From an uncultured Enterobacteriaceae bacterium (GTDB taxonomy: Bacteria > Pseudomonadota > Gammaproteobacteria > Eutrophobiales > Eutrophobiaceae), in the NCBI GenBank assembly GCA_964509455.1, contig CAZDXS010000075.1:7131-71130 (forward strand): DNA of 64,000 nt, given 5' to 3'. Shown here piece by piece: positions 35,289 through 44,538 of the stretch. A model generated the notes under the pieces. It was given only the letters and a program-made list of their open reading frames with translations. It ran no database searches and was not told the origin of the DNA. Each line of letters begins with the position of its first letter. Position 1 is the stretch's first letter. The position numbers and the translations under genes are program-made.

Positions 35289-36902
35289 GTGCATCAACCC
35301 ATGGTTACACGAGACGACACCCCGCTGGTCAAGACCCGCGCCTGGCGCAGGCTGGAAAAGCACCGGCGGCGGGCGGGCGAATTATGCTTGCGCGAGGCGT
35401 TCAGACAAGATCCGGACCGCGCCCGCCGGTTTTCCCTGGACCTTGGCGCCCTGTTCATCGATTACTCCCGCAATCTCATTACCGCAGAAACCCTGTCCCT
35501 GTTGTTGCAACTGGCGGAAGAACGCGCCCTGGGGGAAAAAATCCAGGGGCTGTTCAACGGCGAGCGGCTGAACGTCACGGAACGGCGTCCGGCCCTGCAC
35601 ACGCTGTTGCGGGCCCCGGAGGGCGCTTCCCTGGAGGCGGACGGAGTCGACCTGGCGCGACAAGCCAGGGCGGGGTTGCAACGAATGTTGCGGCTGGCCG
35701 CCGACCTGCGCGGCGGGCGGGTCCAGGGGGCTTCCGGAGAGACCATTGACCGGGTGGTGAACATCGGCATCGGCGGTGCGGACTTAGGCCCGCGCCTGCT
35801 CGCAGACGCCTTGGGCGAATTCTGTGCCGGCGCCCCGGCGCTGGATTTTGTCGCCAACGTGGACCCCGTCGAGTTGGAGCGCGTCCTGGCGCGCGCCAAT
35901 CCGCACACGACGCTGTTCGTGGTCTCTTCCAAGTCGTTCGCCACGGCGGAGACGCTGGCCAACGCCGCCCGCGCCCGGGACTGGTTGCAAAGCCATGGTT
36001 GCACCGCGACCGACAAGCACTTCATAGCGGTCTCGGGCAATACCGCCGCCGTCGCCCGCAGCGGGCTGGAGGCGCGCGCCCGTTTTGACGTTCCGGAATG
36101 GGTGGGCGGGCGCTACTCGGTGTGGTCGTGCGCCGGCCTGACCGCCGCGGTCGGCATGGGGGAGGAGAACTTTCGGCGCTTCCTGGCCGGCGGCCATGCG
36201 GTTGACCAGCATTTTCGCAGCGCCGCGTTCAGCGCAAACGCGCCGGTCGTCCTGGGCTTGCTGAGCGTCTGGCACAACAACTTCCTTGGCGTCGGCGCCC
36301 ATGCCGTCGTGCCGTACGAACAACGGTTGCGGCTCCTGCCGGCCTACCTGGGGCAACTGGTCATGGAGAGCAACGGCAAGTCGGTCACCGCGGACGGGTC
36401 GCCGACGGCAACGCCCACGGCGCAGGTTACCTGGGGCGGCACGGGCAGCAATGCGCAACATGCTTTTTTTCAGTTCCTGCACCAAGGCGCCCGCCGCTCT
36501 TCCGTCGACCTGCTGTTGCCCCTGGGCGGCCCTCATGACGACCGGCGGCGCGAGATGCTGGCGGCGGCTTGCCTGGCCCAGGGCGAGGCCCTGATGCGCG
36601 GCTGCGAGGACCCGGAGCCGGCGCGGCGCCTGGAGGGCAATCGCCCCGCCGTCACCATCCTGTACGATGCGCTGAGCCCCAGGACCCTGGGCATGTTGCT
36701 GGCCCTCTACGAGCATAAGACGTTCGTGGAAGCCGCCGTCTGGGGCATCAATCCCTTTGACCAGTGGGGCGTTGAGCTGGGAAAACAGCTGGCGGGGCGC
36801 ATCGCCGAAGAGCTGGAGCAAGGAGAGATCGACCCAGGCCACGACGCCTCCACCCGCTTGTTGATGGAGAAATACCTAACGGCCAGGGGGAGGCGCCGAT
36901 GA
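35289..36902 (+). CDS. pgi: Glucose-6-phosphate isomerase
   Basis: Motifs VVNIGIGGADLGPRL, FVVSSKSFATAETLANA and the pattern of conserved residues typical of PGI are present. The ORF is 537 aa. Confidence 0.9.
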   Translation: MHQPMVTRDDTPLVKTRAWRRLEKHRRRAGELCLREAFRQDPDRARRFSLDLGALFIDYSRNLITAETLSLLLQLAEERALGEKIQGLFNGERLNVTERRPALHTLLRAPEGASLEADGVDLARQARAGLQRMLRLAADLRGGRVQGASGETIDRVVNIGIGGADLGPRLLADALGEFCAGAPALDFVANVDPVELERVLARANPHTTLFVVSSKSFATAETLANAARARDWLQSHGCTATDKHFIAVSGNTAAVARSGLEARARFDVPEWVGGRYSVWSCAGLTAAVGMGEENFRRFLAGGHAVDQHFRSAAFSANAPVVLGLLSVWHNNFLGVGAHAVVPYEQRLRLLPAYLGQLVMESNGKSVTADGSPTATPTAQVTWGGTGSNAQHAFFQFLHQGARRSSVDLLLPLGGPHDDRRREMLAAACLAQGEALMRGCEDPEPARRLEGNRPAVTILYDALSPRTLGMLLALYEHKTFVEAAVWGINPFDQWGVELGKQLAGRIAEELEQGEIDPGHDASTRLLMEKYLTARGRRR

Positions 36903-37215
36903 CGGCGGCCGCCGCACCGGCGCCCGCGGCATGAAAGCCGTCATCCTGGCGGCCGGCGTCGGGCGACGCCTGGGGACCGCCGGCGGCGGCCAAGGGGAGG
37001 CGCCCATGACGGCGGCGGCGGCCGCACCGGACGCCGCGGCATGAAAGCCGTCATCCTGGCGGCCGGTGTCGGGCAACGCCTGGGGACCGCCGGCGGCGGC
37101 CAGGGGAAGGCGCCGATGACGGCGGCGGCCGCCGCGCCGGCGCCCGCGGCATGAAGGCCGTCATCCTGGCGGCCGGCGTCGGGCGGCGCCTGGGGACCGC
37201 CGGCGGCGGCGCACC
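36884..37215. repeat. 3 tandem copies (110-bp period) of the pgi-3'/nucleotidyltransferase-5' junction, with chained ATGA overlaps
   Basis: gcggcATGAA.GCCGTCATCCTGGCGGCCGG.GTCGGGC..CGCCTGGGGACCGCCGGCGGCGGC occurs with its ATG at 36931, 37041 and 37151. Only the last continues into the full gene. The first two make 39-aa chimeric ORFs (MKAVILAAGVGRRLGTAGGGQGEAPMTAAAA...). Confidence 0.85.
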
Positions 37216-37891
37216 CAAGTGCTTGTTGCGGTTCGGCGGCAAGTCCCTGTTGCAACGCCACTTGGAAAACCTGCGGCGCCTGGGCGTGCGGCGGGTCGTC
37301 GTGGTAACAGGCTACCGGCAGGACGCCGTGGCGGCCGCGTTGCGCGACCTGGCGCCGGCGATGCCGGTCGTTGCCCTGTTCAATCCGGACTACCGCCAGG
37401 GCAGCCTGCTGAGCTTGCACCGCGCCCGCGACCACCTGCAAGACGGCGCGGACGTCCTGCTGATGGACGCCGACGTGTTGTATGAACCGCGCCTGCTGGC
37501 CCGCCTGCTGGACACGAAGAAAGCCAACTGCTTCTTGCTGGACCGCGACTTTGAACCGGGCGATGAGCCGGTGAAACTGTGCGTGGCGGGCGGGGCCCTG
37601 GTGGAATTCAGCAAGAAAATAGCGCAAAATCAGCACTATGATTACCAGGGCGAATCCGTGGGTTTTTTTCGCTTCGACGCGGCGGTTGCGGCGCGTCTCG
37701 CCGTGCGCGCCGCCGCGTACATCGCCGCCGGACAACGGCAGGCGCCTTACGAGGAGGCAATCCGCGACCTGCTCCTGGAAACGCCGGAGGCGTTCGGCTT
37801 CGAGGATGTCACCGGGTGCGCCTGGATCGAGATTGATTTTCCCGCCGACGTGGCCCGTGCGCAAGCGCTCGTAGGCGGGATTGACGCCTGA
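37151..37891 (+). CDS. Sugar-phosphate/phosphonate nucleotidyltransferase (NTP-transferase domain, LicC/CMP-AEP-synthase-like)
   Basis: The N-terminus MKAVILAAGVGRRLG is a GXGXR motif. It is adjacent to PEP mutase. Confidence 0.7.
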   Translation: MKAVILAAGVGRRLGTAGGGAPKCLLRFGGKSLLQRHLENLRRLGVRRVVVVTGYRQDAVAAALRDLAPAMPVVALFNPDYRQGSLLSLHRARDHLQDGADVLLMDADVLYEPRLLARLLDTKKANCFLLDRDFEPGDEPVKLCVAGGALVEFSKKIAQNQHYDYQGESVGFFRFDAAVAARLAVRAAAYIAAGQRQAPYEEAIRDLLLETPEAFGFEDVTGCAWIEIDFPADVARAQALVGGIDA

Positions 37892-37894
37892 GCC

Positions 37895-39544
37895 ATGACC
37901 GCGGCGACCGGCGCGACAACCCCAGGGGACAGCAAGGCCCGGCAACTGCGGCGCCTGGTGGAATCGCCGCAACTGGAATTCATCATGGAGGCCCACAACG
38001 GCATTTCGGCGCGCCTGGCGCAACAGGCCGGCTTCAAGGGAATATGGGCCGGCGGCTTGGCCCTGTCCGCCCAGTTCGGCGTGCGGGACAGCAACGAGGC
38101 CAGCTGGACCCAGGTGGTGGACATGCTGGAGTTCATGTCGGACGCCGCCGACATTCCCATCTTGCTGGACGGCGACACCGGTTACGGCAATTTCAACAAC
38201 ATGCGGCGGCTGGTCAGGAAGCTGGAGCAACGCGACATTGCCGGCGTCTGCATAGAAGACAAGCAGTTCCCCAAGACCAACAGCTTCATCGCCGGCGAGC
38301 GCCAGGCGCTGGCCGACCCGGAAGAGTTCTGCGGCAAGATCAAGGCGGGGAAAGACAGCCAGTCCGATCCGGACTTTTGCATCATCGCGCGGGTGGAGGC
38401 GCTGATCGCCGGCCGCGGCATGGACGAGGCGCTGGAGCGAGCGGCGGCCTACGCCGCGGCCGGCGCCGACGCCGTCCTGGTTCACAGCAAGCGGGCGCGC
38501 CCCGACGAAATCCTCGCCTTCGCCAGGGACTGGGACGGCGCCGCGCCCCTGGTCATCGTGCCCACGAAATACTACAGCACGCCCGCCGACGTGTTCAGGG
38601 AAGCCGGCGTCAGCCTGGTGATCTGGGCCAACCACCTGATTCGCGCCGCTGTCGCGGCCATGGAAAACGTCAGCCGCCAGATCTTCGAGCAGGAATCGCT
38701 CACCGGCGTGGAAGACCGCATTGCCGGCATCGAGCGGATTTTCGAGTTGCAAGGCGCTGCGGAGCTGTTGCGGGCGGAAGAGCGCTACCTGGAAAAGCCG
38801 CGGGATTGTCGCGCCGTCGTGCTGGCGGCCAGTCGCGGCAACAACCTGTACGAGCTGACCGAAGACCGCCCCAAGACCATGCTGCGCATCGGCGGCAAGC
38901 CCCTGTTGCAGAGGCTGGCGGACGAGTTCCGGCGCCAATCCGTCCATCGCGTAACAGTGGCGGCCGGTTACCGGGCGGAGGCGCTGACCGTTGACGGCAT
39001 AGACGTCTGCCTCAACCCGGATTACGCGACCACGGGCGAGTTGCGCTCCTTGGTCTGCGCCCGGGAACGGTTCAGCGATGAGATGGTGATCGTCTATGGC
39101 GACTTGCTGTTCCGTTCCTACATCCTGCGGGACCTGCTGGAATGTGCGGCGGAAATCGTCATCGTCGTCGATTCCCTGGCCGCCGCGACGCCGCCCAGCG
39201 GCACGCCGGATTACGTCTATTGCGACCGCCCCGACGACCGCGCCATGTTCATGCGCCCCGTTGCGTTGCAGCGGGTCGAGTCGGGGCAGGTCCCGGACCA
39301 GGGCCGGCCGGCGGGGCGCTGGGTCGGGATGATGAAAGTCAGCGGCGGCGGCCGGGCGCAACTGGAGGAGGCGCTGACGGCGCTGGAGCAACAGGATGAC
39401 TTTGACCAGCTGGCGATGCCCGACCTGCTCAACTGCCTGGTGCGCCAGGGCAGGGTCGTGACCGTCCTCTATGTGACCGGGCACTGGCTGGACGTGAACT
39501 CCATCGATGATCTGTCCCTGGCCGGCGATTTTACCGCCGCCTGA
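37895..39544 (+). CDS. Phosphoenolpyruvate phosphomutase fused to a C-terminal nucleotidyltransferase domain
   Basis: The N-terminal half carries PEP-mutase motifs ([36 protein letters not shown]). The C-terminal roughly 230 aa is an NTP-transferase-like fold. Confidence 0.8.
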   Translation: MTAATGATTPGDSKARQLRRLVESPQLEFIMEAHNGISARLAQQAGFKGIWAGGLALSAQFGVRDSNEASWTQVVDMLEFMSDAADIPILLDGDTGYGNFNNMRRLVRKLEQRDIAGVCIEDKQFPKTNSFIAGERQALADPEEFCGKIKAGKDSQSDPDFCIIARVEALIAGRGMDEALERAAAYAAAGADAVLVHSKRARPDEILAFARDWDGAAPLVIVPTKYYSTPADVFREAGVSLVIWANHLIRAAVAAMENVSRQIFEQESLTGVEDRIAGIERIFELQGAAELLRAEERYLEKPRDCRAVVLAASRGNNLYELTEDRPKTMLRIGGKPLLQRLADEFRRQSVHRVTVAAGYRAEALTVDGIDVCLNPDYATTGELRSLVCARERFSDEMVIVYGDLLFRSYILRDLLECAAEIVIVVDSLAAATPPSGTPDYVYCDRPDDRAMFMRPVALQRVESGQVPDQGRPAGRWVGMMKVSGGGRAQLEEALTALEQQDDFDQLAMPDLLNCLVRQGRVVTVLYVTGHWLDVNSIDDLSLAGDFTAA

Positions 39545-39619
39545 GACGGGCGCGGGGCCGCGCGGGCGCGGCGGCGAGCGCAGGCACGGCGAGCGCCGCC
39601 GCGAACCTGTAACGCACTC

Positions 39620-40777
39620 ATGATCGAGGCACGGACTTTCGTGGAAGCCGCGGCGGAGCGCGGGTTCAGCCGTTACGTCGGCGTTCCCTGTTCCTACCTT
39701 ACGCCTTTCATCAACTACGTCATCAACGACCCCGGGCTGGACTACGTCTCATCCGCCAACGAGGGGGACGCGGCGGCGACGGCGGCGGGACTGGCTACGG
39801 GCGGCGAACGCGCCATCGTGATGTTGCAGAACTCCGGCCTGGGCAACGCGGTGAACCCCCTGACCTCCCTGGCGATGGTGTTCGACGTTCCCATGTTGCT
39901 CATCGTCACCCACCGGGGCAAGCCGGACCAAAAGGATGAGCCGCAACACCAGTTGATGGGACGCATCACCACGAACCTGTTCGAGCTGATGGAGATCCCC
40001 TGGGCGCCGTTTCCCGCCAGGGCGCAGGAAGTCCCCGCGGCGCTGGACCGGGCCGACCGGTTCCTGCGGGAGCGGCAACAACCTTACGCCCTGCTCATGG
40101 AGCGAGACACGGTGTCTCCCCACCCCCTGGAGGGGGAAGCCGTTCCCAGCCGCGCCGGCGCCGCCTGCCGGCGGCAACGCTTTCCGGGCGGGGAAGACGC
40201 CGAGCTGGTCTCCAGGCAAGCGGCCCTGCGGGAGATCGTGCGTTGCGCGCCCCTGGAAAACGCCGTGGTGATAGCCACCACCGGCTACACCGGGCGGGCA
40301 CTGTACGCGCTGGAAGACCGCAACAACCAGCTGTACCTGGCGGGCTCCATGGGTTGCGCCTCGGCGTTCGCCCTGGGGCTGGCCCGGGCGCACCCGGACC
40401 TGGCGACGGTGGTCATCGACGGCGACGGCGCCGCGCTCATGCGCCTGGGCAATTTCGCCACTCTCGGCAGTTACGGAGCGGACAACCTGGCGCACATACT
40501 GCTGGACAACGAGATGCACGAATCGACCGGCGGCCAGGCCACAACGGCCGCCAACGTGGAGTTTGCCGACCTGGCGGCGGCCTGCGGTTACGGGCTGGCT
40601 TTCAGCGGCCGCAACCCGGCATTGATCGGGGCGGCCTGCACTGCTGACGGGGTGAACGGGGCCCGTTTTGCGCACCTGAAAACAGCGCCGGGAACGCCCG
40701 CCGACCTGCCGCGCCCGCAAATAGCGCCGCGAGACGCGTTGCGGCGGCTGATGGCGCACATCGGCGCCGCTTTTTAG
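39620..40777 (+). CDS. Phosphonopyruvate decarboxylase (TPP-dependent, sulfopyruvate-decarboxylase-like)
   Basis: The ORF is 385 aa. The N-terminal TPP-Pyr region reads GVPCSYLTPFINY. The C-terminal TPP-PP region contains GDGAALM. It lies immediately downstream of PEP mutase. Confidence 0.75.
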   Translation: MIEARTFVEAAAERGFSRYVGVPCSYLTPFINYVINDPGLDYVSSANEGDAAATAAGLATGGERAIVMLQNSGLGNAVNPLTSLAMVFDVPMLLIVTHRGKPDQKDEPQHQLMGRITTNLFELMEIPWAPFPARAQEVPAALDRADRFLRERQQPYALLMERDTVSPHPLEGEAVPSRAGAACRRQRFPGGEDAELVSRQAALREIVRCAPLENAVVIATTGYTGRALYALEDRNNQLYLAGSMGCASAFALGLARAHPDLATVVIDGDGAALMRLGNFATLGSYGADNLAHILLDNEMHESTGGQATTAANVEFADLAAACGYGLAFSGRNPALIGAACTADGVNGARFAHLKTAPGTPADLPRPQIAPRDALRRLMAHIGAAF

Positions 40778-40950
40778 CGCTGGCCAGCGCCAGCTCCCGA
40801 ATAAACCGCAACAGCGCCGGGAACGCCCGCCGACCTGCCGCGTCCGCAGGTAGCGCCGCGAGACGTGTTGCGACGGCAGACGGCGCACAGCGGCACCGCA
40901 CTTAGCGCCGCCCGGCGCCGGGGCTTGCGCAACCGGTCGGCAGCTCTCGA
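40660..40950. repeat. 2 diverged copies (about 145 bp) of a convergent junction (decarboxylase 3' end plus dxs 3' end)
   Basis: agcgccgggaacgcccgccgacctgccgcg.ccgca..tagcgccgcgagacg.gttgcg.cggc and ctc.cgaataaaccgcaaca.cgcc each occur twice. Confidence 0.8.
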
Positions 40951-42788
40951 ATAAACCGCAACAACGCCGCGGCGGTGAGTTGTGCGTCCTCCAACATGTC
41001 CTGTTGTGAGCCGTGGGGGATCAGGCGGTCCGGCAAACCGTAGTTGACGATGCGGCAGGTGCGGCCCGCCGCCGCCAGACATTCATTGACTGCGCTGCCG
41101 GCGCCGCCCTGCACTGCATTCTCCTCCACGGTGACCAGCAACTCATACTCCGCCGCCAGTTGCAGAACCAGATCCTGGTCCAGGGGCTTGACGAAACGCA
41201 TGTTGGCCACGGCGGCGTCCAGCTCCTCGGCCGCTTCCAGCGCCGCCGCCAGCGGGGAGCCAAACGCCAGCAAGGCGATCTTGCTGCCCGAGCGGCGCAT
41301 CTCTCCCTTGCCCAGGGGCAGGGCCGTCATCTCTTCTTGCACTGGAACGCCCGGCCCGGCGCCGCGCGGGTAGCGCACCGCCGCGGGCTGGTCCAGCAAA
41401 AACCCGGTGTACAACATCTGCCGACATTCGTTTTCATCCGCCGGCGCCATGATCGCCATGTTGGGCAGGCAACGCAGGAAACTGAGGTCGTAGGCGCCGT
41501 TGTGCGTGGGGCCGTCGGCGCCCACCAGGCCGGCGCGGTCAATGGCGAACAGCACCGGCAGGTTCTGGTTCACCACGTCATGCACCACCTGGTCGTAGGC
41601 CCGTTGCAAGAAAGTGGAATAGATGGCGACCACGGGCTTTAGGCCGCCGCATGCCATGCCCGCGGCGACGGCAACGCTGTGTTGCTCGGCAATGGCCACG
41701 TCAAAATAGCGCTCCGGATATTCCTGCTCGAACCGCACCAGCCCGGAGCCTTCCCGCATCGCCGGCGTGATGGCGACCAGGCGCGGGTCCCGAGCCGCCA
41801 TGTCGCAGAGCCAATCGCCGAAGACCTTGCTGTACGTGGGCCCGGCGCCGCCGGAGGACTTCTCCATGCCGATTTCCGGGTCGAACGGGCTTACCGCGTG
41901 GTACTTGACCGGGTCGGCTTCCGCCGGCGCATAACCCTTGCCCTTGCGGGTGATTACGTGCAGGAACTGCGGCCCCTCCAGCCGGCGGATGTTGCGTATG
42001 GTCTCCAGCAACGTGGGCAGGTGGTGGCCGTCAATGGGGCCGATGTAGTTGAAGCCGAACTCCTCGAACAGCACGCCCGGCACGATCAACCCCTTGATGT
42101 GCTCCTCGGCGCGGCGGGCGACCTCCCATGCGGGCGGCATGCGGGACAGCACTTTCTTGCCCGTTTTGCGGACGGTGGTATACAACTTGCCGGACAGCAC
42201 CTGGGCGAAGCGGTTGGCCAGGGCGCCCACGTTGGGCGAGATGGACATGTTGTTGTCGTTGAGCACCACCAGCAGGTCGGCGTCCACGGCGCCGGCGTGG
42301 TTCAGCGCTTCAAACGCCATGCCCGCCGTCAGCCCGCCGTCGCCGATGACGGCAACGGCCCGGTGCGCGGCGCCGGTGTTGCGGGCCGCCAGGGCCATCC
42401 CCAGGGCGGCGCTGATGGAAGTGCTGGAATGTCCCACCCCGAACGTGTCGTAAGGGCTTTCGTCCCGCTTGGGAAACGGCGCCAGCCCGCCGCGCTTGCG
42501 GATGGTATGCAACCGGTCGCGGCGCCCGGTGAGAATCTTGTGGCCGTAGGCCTGGTGTCCCACGTCCCACACCAGCTGGTCATCCGGCGTATTGAATACG
42601 TAATGCAAGGCGATGGTGAGCTCCACCGCGCCCAGGCTGGCGGCAAAGTGCCCGCTGTTGCGACTGGCCCAGTGCAACAACACCGCGCGCAACTCCTGCG
42701 CCAGCGGCTCTAAGCGCTCCTCCGGCAACCGCCGCAGGTCGGCGGGCGAGTTGATGTTGTCCAGTATGGGGGTGCTTGGTTCTGACAT
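40902..42788 (-). CDS. dxs: 1-deoxy-D-xylulose-5-phosphate synthase
   Basis: The TPP motif [18 protein letters not shown] is present. Motifs [12 protein letters not shown] and [13 protein letters not shown] are present. The start was chosen at [21 protein letters not shown]. The ORF-track N-terminal extension was rejected. The C-terminal tail runs into the repeat. Confidence 0.9.
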   Translation of the reverse strand: MSEPSTPILDNINSPADLRRLPEERLEPLAQELRAVLLHWASRNSGHFAASLGAVELTIALHYVFNTPDDQLVWDVGHQAYGHKILTGRRDRLHTIRKRGGLAPFPKRDESPYDTFGVGHSSTSISAALGMALAARNTGAAHRAVAVIGDGGLTAGMAFEALNHAGAVDADLLVVLNDNNMSISPNVGALANRFAQVLSGKLYTTVRKTGKKVLSRMPPAWEVARRAEEHIKGLIVPGVLFEEFGFNYIGPIDGHHLPTLLETIRNIRRLEGPQFLHVITRKGKGYAPAEADPVKYHAVSPFDPEIGMEKSSGGAGPTYSKVFGDWLCDMAARDPRLVAITPAMREGSGLVRFEQEYPERYFDVAIAEQHSVAVAAGMACGGLKPVVAIYSTFLQRAYDQVVHDVVNQNLPVLFAIDRAGLVGADGPTHNGAYDLSFLRCLPNMAIMAPADENECRQMLYTGFLLDQPAAVRYPRGAGPGVPVQEEMTALPLGKGEMRRSGSKIALLAFGSPLAAALEAAEELDAAVANMRFVKPLDQDLVLQLAAEYELLVTVEENAVQGGAGSAVNECLAAAGRTCRIVNYGLPDRLIPHGSQQDMLEDAQLTAAALLRFIRELPTGCASPGAGRR

Positions 42789-43266
42789 TACGGTTCTATT
42801 ATACCGTTGCCCGGCTCCTGGCTGGTTATTTTCCGCGATAACTTTGTTGGCGCACTCCCTCACTGCGGTCGATGTATTGGATATACACCTCCCTTGTTCA
42901 GTCGTGCGCCGCCGCGTTCTCACGCAAAATTCCTGCGCTAGGGTCGACCTCGTCATTCAGCCGGGTCTCCGCAAAGCAGGCAACGCCGGAATTTCGCTGT
43001 TGCCTGAGCAAAACGCGGTTGCCCGGCTCCCGGCTGGTTGTTTTCCGCGATAACTGCGTTGGCGCTGCTCTCTTGCGACCGAACGAGGCAGGCCGGCGAT
43101 GCATAACGGAAAACAGGCAAGCCAGGTTCCTGGCGCAGGATATTTTCTGGAAGGCGAGCCGGGCAACGAGTGAGGGAGAGAGATGTACACGTAGTACATT
43201 GACCGACCGAACGAGGCAGGCCGGCGATGCATAACGGAAAATAGACGCGCCAGGCAAGCCAGGAGA
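42789..43266. promoter_or_regulatory. Lower-GC intergenic region upstream of dxs with two pairs of direct repeats and one inverted repeat
   Basis: gttgcccggctcc.ggctggtt.ttttccgcgataact occurs at about 42816 and 43019. cgaccgaacgaggcaggccggcgatgcataacggaaaa occurs at about 43075 and 43203. gagccgggcaac at about 43153 is the inverted partner. Confidence 0.4.
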
Positions 43267-44538
43267 TTAGAAACTGTACGTCAGGCTCATTTCAATGAAG
43301 CTGTCGCGGCGCGTGGGATAATGAACGTCCCGCCGGTCAATGCCCAGCAGCAACAACGCTTCCAGTCCCAGGGACCAGCGGTCCGAGAGCCGCCGGTCCA
43401 GCCCCAGCGCCAGGGAGCGGGTGGAGCGCCCCAGGTCGCCCAGGAAGCTGACGGTCAGCTCGGTGCTTTGCACGTCGTTGAGCGCCAAGCGGGCGGCCGT
43501 GAAGAGCTCGTTTTCAAACGCGCCGGGCGTGCGTCCCGGGGTCGCGTTGCGCCCCCGGTCGTCATAATGCCACTCGGCGAACAAGGTGAGGTCGGCGGCG
43601 GAGCCCAGCAGGGAGTGGAACGCGTACTCGCCGCCCAGCACGGCGGCCAGGTAGTTCTCCCGGCGCCCTTGCAGGTTCAAGGCCCCGGTGCGCCGGATGG
43701 CCTCCAGCTTGAGCAGCCAGGCGCCCAGCGTCAACTGCGCTTCCAGCCCCAGCTGGCGGATTTTGGAATAGTACTGGAGCAGGCGCGTCTCCCCGCCCGG
43801 GGTCGCCTCCAGTTGCGCGAACGGCTCCCGGGCGGCGCCGTCAAACACGCTCAATCCCAGGTCCAGGGGCCCTAAGTTGCGGCTGTAGCGCGCGGCCAGG
43901 TCCAGGCGCCATTCCTCCGCCTTGCCTTCATAGCGAATCTCGTCATCGTCTATGACCAGCGGCAGGCGCAGGCGCCCGCGGCGGCCTGGGAAAGTGCGGG
44001 CGCGATGGTACGGCAAGCCAAACAGCTCCAGTGCGCCCCAGCCGCCGGACAGGGTGACGTGGGCCATGGGTTGCCCCAGTTTCGCGGTGCCGTCGGGATG
44101 TTCGACCAGGTCCACCTGGTTGATGACGTCCACCAGGCGTTGCGACTCGACCACCCCCCAGAACACCCGGTCCACGCCCAGGCGCAACTCCCACTCGTGG
44201 GCGCCCATCCCGCCGAACAGGAGCAGGAAAGCCTCCCGCAAGTCAACATGGGTGCGCCGGGAGTCCGCGGCGTCGTAGCGAAAGAACGGGGCCAGGGTGA
44301 AACTCCTGCCGCGCTCGTCTTCCAGATACAACTCCGGCTCCAGTACAAAACCGCCGGCGTGGTCGCGTTGGCCGGCGTGCAGAGCAGACTGCGGATGCCA
44401 GCGGCTTTCGAAAGACAGGGAACCGGAAAAGTCGCGGACGGCGAGGGCCGCGGCGGCGCCCCCCGGCCACAAGGACGCAAGCAACAACCCGGCGGCGCCG
44501 GCAAGCGCCCGGCAAGCCGTTGCGCCGCCCGCCATCAA
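43267..44538 (-). CDS. Outer-membrane beta-barrel protein (DUF1302-like)
   Basis: A signal peptide is present. The C-terminus ends in Phe (SLTYSF). Alternating amphipathic strands are visible. It is adjacent to LolA-like and RND genes. Confidence 0.55.
   Translation of the reverse strand: MMAGGATACRALAGAAGLLLASLWPGGAAAALAVRDFSGSLSFESRWHPQSALHAGQRDHAGGFVLEPELYLEDERGRSFTLAPFFRYDAADSRRTHVDLREAFLLLFGGMGAHEWELRLGVDRVFWGVVESQRLVDVINQVDLVEHPDGTAKLGQPMAHVTLSGGWGALELFGLPYHRARTFPGRRGRLRLPLVIDDDEIRYEGKAEEWRLDLAARYSRNLGPLDLGLSVFDGAAREPFAQLEATPGGETRLLQYYSKIRQLGLEAQLTLGAWLLKLEAIRRTGALNLQGRRENYLAAVLGGEYAFHSLLGSAADLTLFAEWHYDDRGRNATPGRTPGAFENELFTAARLALNDVQSTELTVSFLGDLGRSTRSLALGLDRRLSDRWSLGLEALLLLGIDRRDVHYPTRRDSFIEMSLTYSF

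Noticed and set aside
40902-42956. 684-aa DXS and 344-aa EamA ORFs with long N-terminal extensions
   Set aside because: The extensions are not conserved in these families. In the EamA case the extension overlaps the tRNA-Leu gene. Internal Met starts were used.
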